Below, in pieces: positions 48,941 to 57,296 of a stretch of DNA of 64,000 nucleotides (positions are counted from its first letter, which is position 1; every line of letters starts with the position of its first letter). The notes under the pieces are model-generated. The model saw nothing but the letters and a program-made list of their open reading frames with translations, was not told where the DNA came from and did no database searches. The stretch comes from an uncultured Clostridia bacterium (GTDB lineage: Bacteria > Bacillota > Clostridia > TANB77 > CAG-508). Both the position numbers and the translations under genes were made by a program. The stretch spans positions 143,480 through 207,479 of the forward strand of contig CAKPNF010000001.1 of assembly GCA_934168305.1 (NCBI GenBank). The letters are read 5' to 3'.

Positions 48941-49549
48941 TTAATTAAAAACCTTTCGGCTTAAAATCCTAACTTCTTTTTCTCCATCTATCATCATCAC
49001 TTTTTTCCATGCTACTGTTAAATTTATTGCCTCTGCTAGTTGGATGGAAATCTGTTTATATTGTTTATTTAAAATACCCCCTGAACTTTCTGCAACCATA
49101 GATACATATCCCAGTAGTTTTAACTTTACTACTGCCTCTTTTTGTAATTCTTCTCTTTTGGTCTTTTTTTCTGGAGCATCCATTCTAATAAAATTTGCTT
49201 CCAATAAGCACTCCAGAGTATCTAGGCAATAATTTTGCATCCTATTAACAAATACTCCTCTAAATTTTTTTGGTGATTTTTCTGTAACTGCTATTGTGTA
49301 TGCTGCCAGCTTTTTAACTACAGTAATTACCATTAAATCGTTTGCATTAAATGGTATCTTATTTACTTGTTCTAGCTCTTTATCATCCTCAATTTTTTCT
49401 ATTTCGGATTTTTTATTAAACTTTTTATTATTGGCAGTAGCAATAGACTGCTTTACTGCCAATTTATCTTCAATATTATTTTCTACTCCATTAGCATCTT
49501 CTAATTTTTTAGGTATTTTTAAATTACTATCTCGACTTACTTGTAACAT
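48941..49549 (-). CDS. avd: Avd-like accessory variability determinant (four-helix-bundle type)
   Basis: The C-terminal ~130 aa (SPKKFRGVFVNRMQNYCLDTLECLLEANFI...NKQYKQISIQLAEAINLTVAWKK) fits the Avd / 23S-IVS four-helix-bundle pattern. An internal start at 49333 would give a canonical ~130-aa protein. Confidence 0.65.
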   Translation of the reverse strand: MLQVSRDSNLKIPKKLEDANGVENNIEDKLAVKQSIATANNKKFNKKSEIEKIEDDKELEQVNKIPFNANDLMVITVVKKLAAYTIAVTEKSPKKFRGVFVNRMQNYCLDTLECLLEANFIRMDAPEKKTKREELQKEAVVKLKLLGYVSMVAESSGGILNKQYKQISIQLAEAINLTVAWKKVMMIDGEKEVRILSRKVFN

Positions 49550-49616
49550 TTTACTCCTCCTACTACAGTTTTACATTCTAGCATAAATTCCCTAAAAAAT
49601 CCATTTGACTATCCAT

Positions 49617-49997
49617 TTAGAAGTTTTCACTTATTCTTTGTACTTTATTTAAAACTTCATTATATTCTTCCCTACTTACATTTGTTCCATCTAATGACTT
49701 TTGAAACTTCTTTTCTTCTTCTGATAAATCCATTTCTGGATCATCAATATCGCTAATTGTTTTATCTACACATTTTAATATTTCAAGCATTCTTTTTATA
49801 ATTTCTCTTACATCAATGTTACTAAATTTAAAGCATTCTTTTGCTTTATTAAATAATATTTTATATTCAAGTTTTGTTAGATCTACTATATTATTTTTTT
49901 CTAATTGTTTATACAACTGATGAACTATGTATAAATCCTCTAAATCTTCCTTTTCTTCATCAGTTAATCTATTATATTTTTCAAATATATTTATCAT
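49617..49997 (-). CDS. hypothetical protein (126 aa, acidic)
   Basis: ORF overlapping the stop of the upstream gene by 4 nt. Confidence 0.5.
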   Translation of the reverse strand: MINIFEKYNRLTDEEKEDLEDLYIVHQLYKQLEKNNIVDLTKLEYKILFNKAKECFKFSNIDVREIIKRMLEILKCVDKTISDIDDPEMDLSEEEKKFQKSLDGTNVSREEYNEVLNKVQRISENF

Positions 49998-50893
49998 ATA
50001 TCGTATCCTCCTATATCTTCAATTTCATCTTTATTAGGTACAAAAAAAGAAGGACTTTTCTTGTCCCTCGTTAATTCATTTGTAACACTTTTATAATAAT
50101 AATTTATAAAGCTCTCAATTGGATTATTCAAATCTTTGTATTCATCTTCTTTGAGTTTACAATCATTATATATTTTCAATAGTTTATCTCTACTAACTTT
50201 GTGAATTAGGTATTGTAATTTATCTCTAACCATTAAGGCTATTGCATAATCTATAACTTTTATTCTTTCAAGATTATCTCCAGTTATATATTGTAAAGAA
50301 TCTTTTGTGTATAACATTTCGTATTTCTTTAGTAGATTATATATTTCATTAAAATCCACTTTTGAAAATTCTGCTGGAAAATCCTCTTTATTATTTATAA
50401 TATAATTAAAAAATCTATCTATCTTATTAATACTTATAATATTATACTGTCCTTTTTGGGACATACCCTCTGTCCCATTTATCGAATAGGGGTATGTCCT
50501 ATTTATCGTATAGGGTGTATCATTTGGATAAATTCTTCTTTGGATAATTTCGCCTTTTTCATTTTTTATCATATCTAAACAAACAAAACCGCATTCTCTT
50601 AAATGAGAAACCCATTTTGATATTGTATGTGGTTGTGCATCTAATAAATTGCTTAAATAAGCATTTGAAGCGAAACAATAACCTTCTTTATTGGATAATA
50701 TAGTTATTATTGCATATAACAATTTTTCATTTGCTTTCAAATCTTTATTAAATAAAATCGTAGCTGGAATAACTGCATAATATCCTATTTTGTTTTCTTC
50801 ATTCAAATTATTTATTCCCCCTCTCTTACCTTCAACTTTTTTAGGGGTAAATAAATTGCTAGATATTATTTCAATAACAACTTTTAAGAACAC
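49994..50893 (-). CDS. wHTH replication-initiator/DnaD-like protein of mobile elements
   Basis: YYAVIPATILFNKDLKANEKLLYAIITILSNKEGYCFASNAYLSNLL...TISKWVSHLRECGFV resembles the HTH_36-type N-domain of phage/ICE replication organisers. Confidence 0.55.
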   Translation of the reverse strand: MFLKVVIEIISSNLFTPKKVEGKRGGINNLNEENKIGYYAVIPATILFNKDLKANEKLLYAIITILSNKEGYCFASNAYLSNLLDAQPHTISKWVSHLRECGFVCLDMIKNEKGEIIQRRIYPNDTPYTINRTYPYSINGTEGMSQKGQYNIISINKIDRFFNYIINNKEDFPAEFSKVDFNEIYNLLKKYEMLYTKDSLQYITGDNLERIKVIDYAIALMVRDKLQYLIHKVSRDKLLKIYNDCKLKEDEYKDLNNPIESFINYYYKSVTNELTRDKKSPSFFVPNKDEIEDIGGYDI

Positions 50894-52017
50894 AGTTCCA
50901 ACTCATTTGCAAAATCTTCAAATTTATCAACTGTATCCGTTTTCATTTTTTTAGTAACTCTTACATATATTTCATAAGTAGTTCTAATATTACTATGTCC
51001 TGATCTTTTGGCAATAGCTTTTATATCTGCTCCTGCTTCGATTAATTTTGTAGCATGTGTTTCTCTAAAATCATGGAATCTACAATTAATTCCTAATTCA
51101 TAATGAATAACTTTAAATGGATATTTACAAGTATCTGTACCTTCAAATACTCCATTATGTTTTACAAACACAAGATTAACTTCTTTTAATGCTTTAACTA
51201 GAGTATCTCCTATTTCAATTGTTCTATAAATTCCAGGTGTTTTACAAGTACCAAAATACCATACTGTTGTTGCTTTACCACTAATGTGCCTACCATGAGT
51301 TGCTCCGTTTTGATTTTTCTTTAATACATTTTTATTTACTGTTAATGTTTTATTTTCTAAATCAATATCATCCCATGTTAATGCAAAAACCTCTGCTGCT
51401 CTTAAGCCAGTACAATATGCTGTTAAAATAGCATAATACATAGCATGATTATTTTTAAATCCATCTAACATCATATTTATTTCTTCATTAGTAAATATAT
51501 GTGCTGGATTCTTTTCAGGAATATCATATTTAGGTAATGAAGCCTTTATAGCTGGATTTACTTTTATAAAACCCACTTTATCTGTTGCATATCCAAACGA
51601 TGTTTTTAATACTTTTAATATATTTTTTAAAAAGTTTTTTGAATATCCTTTTTCAAGATAAATATTATTTATAAATTCGTGTAATGTTGATGTAGTAATT
51701 TGTGTTAATCTATAAAAACCTAATCTTGGTCGAATATGATTTTTTATAATATTTGAATATGCTTGTATAGTATGATATTTAAGATTAACATGACAATAGT
51801 TTTCTAACCAATAATCAAGATAGTCACTATAAGACATTGTAGCTGGTGTAAACGAATGTCCTGTTTGCGTATATTCATTATAAGCCTTTATACCTGCTTC
51901 CTATGCTTCCTTTTTTGTTTTAAAACCTGACTTAACTTGTTGCTTTCTCTTTCCATTTACTGGTACAATTTCAAAATAATATTGATAACTCTTTCCTCTT
52001 TTTCTAACATTGACTAT
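50884..52017 (-). pseudogene. tyrosine integrase with an in-frame TAG and no canonical start
   Basis: The catalytic region is intact (HDFRETHATKLIEAGADIKAIAKRSGHSNIRTTYEIYVRV). The arm-binding N-terminus IVNVRKRGKSYQYYFEIVPVNGKRKQQVKSGFKTKKEA is in frame but separated by TAG at 51903-51901. The only codon correctly spaced after GGAGG is ATA (52017-52015). Confidence 0.7.
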
Positions 52018-52246
52018 AGTTATTACCTCCAAAAATATTAATTTGGTAAATAAAAAAGAGCTAAAACATATATAAAATGTTTAACTCTTTAACTATAATC
52101 ATTTTTGATATCGGAGCTACAATTAAGTTATATCAACGTATTCCGAGTTTTGACATCCAAAATTTTATTTTTCGATGTCAAATGGATGTCAAAATGCCTT
52201 TTTTACTATATTTAATATATTAGTTTGTGGCTTGTAACCCTTGATA

Positions 52247-55000
52247 TTACTGATTTCTTCCACAACAGTTTTTGTATTTCTTACCACTTCCACATGGACA
52301 TGGATCATTTCTACCAACTTTTGGCCCTTCGTTTACAACTGTTTGACTATATTCAGGAGTATTAATTTTCTTTCCACCATCAACACTATTGATGGCTTCT
52401 AAAGCTGCTCCTGTAATCTTAGCAGTTTCTTGTCTTTGTGCATTTCCGTTTTGTTTTCTGATATTCATAAGAATCTTAACGACATCTAATTTAATGTTTG
52501 CAATCATTTCATCAAACATATCCATACCTTCCATTCTGTATTTTACAACAGGATCTTGTTGTCCATAAGCTCTTAATCCAATACCATTTTTTAATTCATC
52601 CATACTATCAATATGATTCATCCATTTTTCATCAACAACCTTAAGCATTACAACTCTTTCAAGTTCTCTCATTTTCTCAGAAGTAATTTCATCTTCTTTA
52701 GCTTGATATTTTTCAGTTGCTTGTTTTTCTAATTCCTCTATAATTGCATTTGAATCGTCTTTATGTTCTTTAATATAGTCTAACATATCTAACCCATATA
52801 CGTTTGTTATTTCTGTATTTAAAGACTCTACGTTTACAGATTTTCCATCTTCTCCCTCAATAAACATTGAAACTGTTTCTTCTGCAATAGAATTTATCAT
52901 ATTTAATATGTTATTATGAATATCTTCTCCATCTAAAACTTCTCTTCTTTGTTTATATATGATTTCTCTTTGTGCATTCATAACATCATCATATTTTAAT
53001 ACATTTTTACGAATACTAAAGTTTCTACCTTCAACTTTCTTTTGAGCGTTTTCAACAGCTTTTGAAATCATTCTAGAAGCTATTGGCATGTTTTCGTCTG
53101 CTCCTAAAGTATTGTAAACTCTTGTTATAGCATCTCCACCAAAGATTTTCATTAAATCATCATCTAATCCTATATAGAATCTTGATTCTCCGACATCACC
53201 TTGACGTCCAGAACGACCTCTTAATTGGTTATCGATTCTTCTTGATTCATGTCTTTCTGTACCAATTATTTTTAATCCACCGGCATCAATAACTTTTTGT
53301 TTTTCTTCTTTTATTTGTTCATCGTATTTTGCAACTAATTTATTAAATTCTTCTCTTGCTCTTAATATATCTTGATCATTTGTTTCATAATATGTGTTTG
53401 ATTCTTCTATTAAGTTTGCTGGTACTTTATTTTTTCTCATTTCTTCTTTTGCTAGATATTCACTATTTCCGCCTAACATAATATCAGTACCACGTCCTGC
53501 CATGTTTGTTGCTATTGTAACTGCACCAAATTTACCAGCTTGTGCAACTATCATAGCTTCTTTTTCATGTGATTTTGCGTTTAATACTTCATGTGGTATA
53601 CGTGCTTCATTTAATAATTTACTCAATTTTTCTGATTTTTCAATTGATACTGTACCAATTAGAACTGGTTGTCCTTTTTCATGGCTTTCTTTTACGCTTT
53701 CAACAACTGCTCTGAATTTTGCTTTTTCATTTTTGTAAATTACATCATTTTCGTCTTTTCTTATCATAGGTTTGTTTGTTGGTATTTCTACGACATCTAA
53801 GTTGTAAATTTCTTCAAATTCTGATTCTTCTGTCATAGCTGTACCTGTCATACCTGATAATTTATCATACATTCTAAAGTAATTTTGGAATGTTATTGTT
53901 GCTAATGTTTTTGATTCATCTGCTATTTTTACTTTTTCTTTTGCTTCAATTGCTTGATGTAGTCCATTATTATATCTTCTTCCATACATAATACGTCCTG
54001 TAAATTCATCAACAATTAAAACTTCTCCATCTTTTACGATGTAGTCTATATCTTTTTTCATTACCCCATGTGCTCTTAATGCTTGGTTTACATGGTGTAC
54101 TAATGTAGAGTTCTCTAAATCATTGAAGTTTTCTAATCCGAAAAATTCTTCAGCTTTTTTTATACCTTTTTGTGTTAATGATGCTGATTTTGCTTTTAAG
54201 TCTACTATATAATCGTATTTTTCATTATCTTCTGCTTGCTCAAAGTCTTTTACATCTTCTTCAACTATAACTTTTGCTTCTAGTTTTCTTACGAAATCAT
54301 TTGCTTTTTTGTATAAATCTGATGATTCATTTGCTCTACCTGAAATGATAAGTGGTGTTCTTGCTTCATCTATTAAAATACTATCGATTTCATCGACTAT
54401 TGCATAGTGTAATCCTCTTTGAACTAATTGATTTTTATAAATTACCATGTTATCTCTTAAGTAATCAAATCCAAATTCATTATTTGTACCATATGTAATA
54501 TCTGCTGCATATGCTTTTTGTTTTGCTTGTGGATCCATTCCTGCAATTACCAGTCCTACTGAAAGTCCTAAGAATTTATATAATTTTCCCATCCATTCAC
54601 TATCTCTTTTTGCCAAGTAGTCATTTACTGTAATTACGTGAACTCCTTTTCCTTCTAATGCATTTAAGTATACTGGTAATGTTGCAACTAATGTTTTTCC
54701 TTCACCAGTTTTCATTTCTGCAATTCTTCCTTGGTGTAATATAATTCCACCTATTAATTGTACATCAAAATGTCTCATTCCTAAGGCTCTTTTTGATGCT
54801 TCTCTAACAACAGCAAATGCTTCTGGTAATATATCGTCTAAAGTTTTTCCTTCTGCTAATTGTTTTTTAAAGTATTCTGTTTTTCCTTTTAATTCATGGT
54901 CTGTTAATTTTTCCATTTCTGGTTCTAAACTGTTGATTTTTTCTACTATTGGCATTACCCTTTTTACTTCTTTTTCACTGTATGTTTTGAATAGTTTCAT
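52247..55000 (-). CDS. secA: preprotein translocase ATPase SecA
   Basis: 917 aa with DEAD-like motor motifs ([28 protein letters not shown]) and the C-terminal SEC-C zinc motif [14 protein letters not shown]. Confidence 0.97.
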   Translation of the reverse strand: MKLFKTYSEKEVKRVMPIVEKINSLEPEMEKLTDHELKGKTEYFKKQLAEGKTLDDILPEAFAVVREASKRALGMRHFDVQLIGGIILHQGRIAEMKTGEGKTLVATLPVYLNALEGKGVHVITVNDYLAKRDSEWMGKLYKFLGLSVGLVIAGMDPQAKQKAYAADITYGTNNEFGFDYLRDNMVIYKNQLVQRGLHYAIVDEIDSILIDEARTPLIISGRANESSDLYKKANDFVRKLEAKVIVEEDVKDFEQAEDNEKYDYIVDLKAKSASLTQKGIKKAEEFFGLENFNDLENSTLVHHVNQALRAHGVMKKDIDYIVKDGEVLIVDEFTGRIMYGRRYNNGLHQAIEAKEKVKIADESKTLATITFQNYFRMYDKLSGMTGTAMTEESEFEEIYNLDVVEIPTNKPMIRKDENDVIYKNEKAKFRAVVESVKESHEKGQPVLIGTVSIEKSEKLSKLLNEARIPHEVLNAKSHEKEAMIVAQAGKFGAVTIATNMAGRGTDIMLGGNSEYLAKEEMRKNKVPANLIEESNTYYETNDQDILRAREEFNKLVAKYDEQIKEEKQKVIDAGGLKIIGTERHESRRIDNQLRGRSGRQGDVGESRFYIGLDDDLMKIFGGDAITRVYNTLGADENMPIASRMISKAVENAQKKVEGRNFSIRKNVLKYDDVMNAQREIIYKQRREVLDGEDIHNNILNMINSIAEETVSMFIEGEDGKSVNVESLNTEITNVYGLDMLDYIKEHKDDSNAIIEELEKQATEKYQAKEDEITSEKMRELERVVMLKVVDEKWMNHIDSMDELKNGIGLRAYGQQDPVVKYRMEGMDMFDEMIANIKLDVVKILMNIRKQNGNAQRQETAKITGAALEAINSVDGGKKINTPEYSQTVVNEGPKVGRNDPCPCGSGKKYKNCCGRNQ

Positions 55001-55075
55001 AATGGTACATTCCTCCTAAGTTTATTATATTTTTACTTTGTAACTATATCACTAAAATATATTTTAATCAAGTAT

Positions 55076-55264
55076 TTACAAAAAATATATTACAATTCCA
55101 CCTATTATAGCTATAATAAAGCCTAATATTTTTAATCCTGATGAACCTTCGTTTTGGTCACCAAAACTAAAGAATTTTTTTGTTAAAATTCTGGCATCAT
55201 ATATTAGTATTACACCAATTAAAGCTATTATAAGTGCTATTATTTTTAAGATTATATTAATCAT
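55076..55264 (-). CDS. small two-TM membrane protein (62 aa)
   Basis: Hydrophobic ORF, no motif. Confidence 0.4.
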   Translation of the reverse strand: MINIILKIIALIIALIGVILIYDARILTKKFFSFGDQNEGSSGLKILGFIIAIIGGIVIYFL

Positions 55265-55360
55265 ATTATCTACATCCTTTTTTGTTTTGTAATCATATAT
55301 TAATATTTTTCTATAAAAAAGTCAAGAGGAAACAAAGTACACTTCATTTCCTCTCTAAAA

Positions 55361-55801
55361 TTAATCAACAATTTTATTGATTTTTTCAATAACTCTTGCT
55401 GCCAGTTTTTTTACTGTAGTTCCTACAATTTGTTCTGATAACCATTCTTCTGGTAAATTAGCATCATTTAATGCCATTTCTAATTGATCAAGGCATTTAT
55501 CAATGCTAACGACAACTATGTCGTTTTTACCATAGTCTTCCACATCCTTTTTTATGGCTTTTCTACTAAGTTCCTTCATCTTATTTTCATTAGGATCTTC
55601 AGTTGATAAATCCTCTCTGCCATATCTAATAGGCATCTTTTCCATAACCTTCATGGCTATTTCTCTCATATCCTCTTCAGGATGTCTGATTTTCCTTAAA
55701 ATCATCGACGCTAAAAAGATAGAATTATAACCATCTTTTAAATTTAGCTTCATTACCTCCTCTAAAATAATGTTATAAATCATTACTTTACTAACCTTCA
55801 T
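55361..55801 (-). CDS. hypothetical protein (~130-146 aa)
   Basis: ORF with several possible starts, no motif. Confidence 0.45.
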   Translation of the reverse strand: MKVSKVMIYNIILEEVMKLNLKDGYNSIFLASMILRKIRHPEEDMREIAMKVMEKMPIRYGREDLSTEDPNENKMKELSRKAIKKDVEDYGKNDIVVVSIDKCLDQLEMALNDANLPEEWLSEQIVGTTVKKLAARVIEKINKIVD

Positions 55802-56003
55802 TTTTGTCTCCTTTTCTTTTTGTGTGCCTCTAATTAGAGGGCTTATTGGTCAACAGTTACTTTTTGCTATTCAGCACTATATTTATTATAACACAATTTA
55901 CATAATTTGTCAAAAATAATATTGATTTGTACTATTTTTATTCTAAATACAAATCTTCAACATATAATTTACTAAAATTCTTATATAAAAATTGGAGGTA
56001 ACA

Positions 56004-57252
56004 ATGCAAAAATCAAGTATAAAAATTCTAATTTTATCAATCATGGTTATATTTTTTTGTAGCTACTCTTTTGCCTATGATACGACAAGTTCATACATAT
56101 GGTCCGTTGATTCAGATACCATAGCAACGAGTTCTTCAGACGAAGAAAAAATCAATTCAGAAACCGAAAACAATAACTCCTTAAATTTAGAAAGCGGAGC
56201 AGCAATTTTAATTGAACAATCTACTGGTCAAGTATTATATTCTCATAATGCACACGAACAATTAAGACCAGCATCAGTAACAAAAGTAATGAGTATCTTA
56301 TTAATAATGGAACAAATAGACAATGGAACTCTATCATATTCTGACACAATTAGTTGTTCTGAAACAGCTCGTTCAATGGGTGGTTCTCAAATATGGTTAG
56401 ACCCCAGAGAAACATTAACGGTTGATGAAATGTTAAAAGCAATTTGTGTCGTATCAGCCAATGATTGTGTTGTTGCAATGGCTGAGCATATAGCAGGTTC
56501 AGAAGAAGCATTTGTTCAAATGATGAACGATAAAGCAAAAGAACTTGGAATGAATGATACAACATTCAAAAATTGTCATGGCATTGATGAAGATGGTCAT
56601 GTAACATCAGCATATGATATTGCTTTAATGTCTCGTGAACTTTTAACCAAACATCCTAATATTACAAAATACACAACAATTTGGATGGATTCTTTAAGAG
56701 ATGGAAAATCTCAATTAGTAAATACAAATAAATTAATAAAAACTTATAAAGGAATCACTGGGTTAAAAACAGGTTCGACTTCCCTTGCATTATATAATTT
56801 ATCTGCAAGTGCAACACGAGATGACTTATCATTAATTGCAGTAATTATGAAAGCACCATCTACAAAATTAAGATTTGCAGAAGCTCAAAAATTATTGGAT
56901 TATGGTTTCAACAAATTTTCATTTAAAAGCTTTGGAAATAAAAACGACGTGATTCAGTCTGTTTCTGTTAATAAAGGTGTTAAACATAGCATTGATGCAA
57001 TTTTAGAAAGTTCAGCTGGTACACTAATAGAAAAAGGAAAAGAAAATCAAATTTCACAATCTGTTGAAATTAATAATAATATAGAAGCGCCTATTAAACA
57101 AGGTGATGTTCTTCGGCAAAGTTGTATTTTCTTTAGATGGAAAAGAACTTTCAAGTGTCAACTTGATTGCTTCCTCTACTGTTGATAGAATTAATTTATT
57201 TACTATGTCAAAAAAAATTATTTATAGTTGGATTGATTTATTGAGGTGCTAA
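56004..57252 (+). pseudogene. D-alanyl-D-alanine carboxypeptidase (S11, DacB/DacF-like), frame-broken as assembled
   Basis: SVTK (SxxK), SAND (SxN) and KTGST (KTG). The C-terminal domain continues as GKVVFSLDGKELSSVNLIASSTVDRINLF...* in the +1 frame after the in-frame CGG at 57114-57116. Confidence 0.75.
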
Positions 57253-57261
57253 ATTATTTTA

Positions 57262-57296
57262 GGGTCAGAAGAGACATCACTTCTGACCCATTTTTA
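57262..57296. terminator. bidirectional terminator between the carboxypeptidase gene and valS
   Basis: GGGTCAGAAG-N8-CTTCTGACCC flanked by T/A runs. Confidence 0.8.

Larger units (their letters stand above)
41305..52246 (-). mobile_element. ~10.9-kb decayed integrative island inserted at the 3' end of secA, carrying a DGR
   Basis: Bounded by the live secA stop (52247) and the secA 3' remnant (41305-41365). It contains one near-full integrase and one integrase fragment, a replication-initiator-like wHTH gene and GATGTCAAA motifs near both ends. It splits the usually adjacent secA-prfB pair. Confidence 0.7.

Noticed and set aside
51901-51903. TAG recoding (a phage-style stop-to-sense code) to explain the in-frame TAG in the island integrase.
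   Set aside because: It is a single occurrence. TAG is used as an ordinary terminator by well-conserved genes here (rfbD ends …CAA TAG at 1189-1191, and rfbA also ends in TAG). The integrase also lacks a proper start, which fits decay.
8129-57116. Genome-wide reassignment or non-assignment of CGG (for example as a dedicated frameshift or stop signal).
   Set aside because: At least ten in-frame CGG codons lie inside long, clearly homologous ORFs and are read through as Arg. Examples are 26836, 35299 and 36775 on the plus strand, and 31310, 31445 and 34981 on the minus strand. 36775 shares the CGGACAA context of two broken genes.
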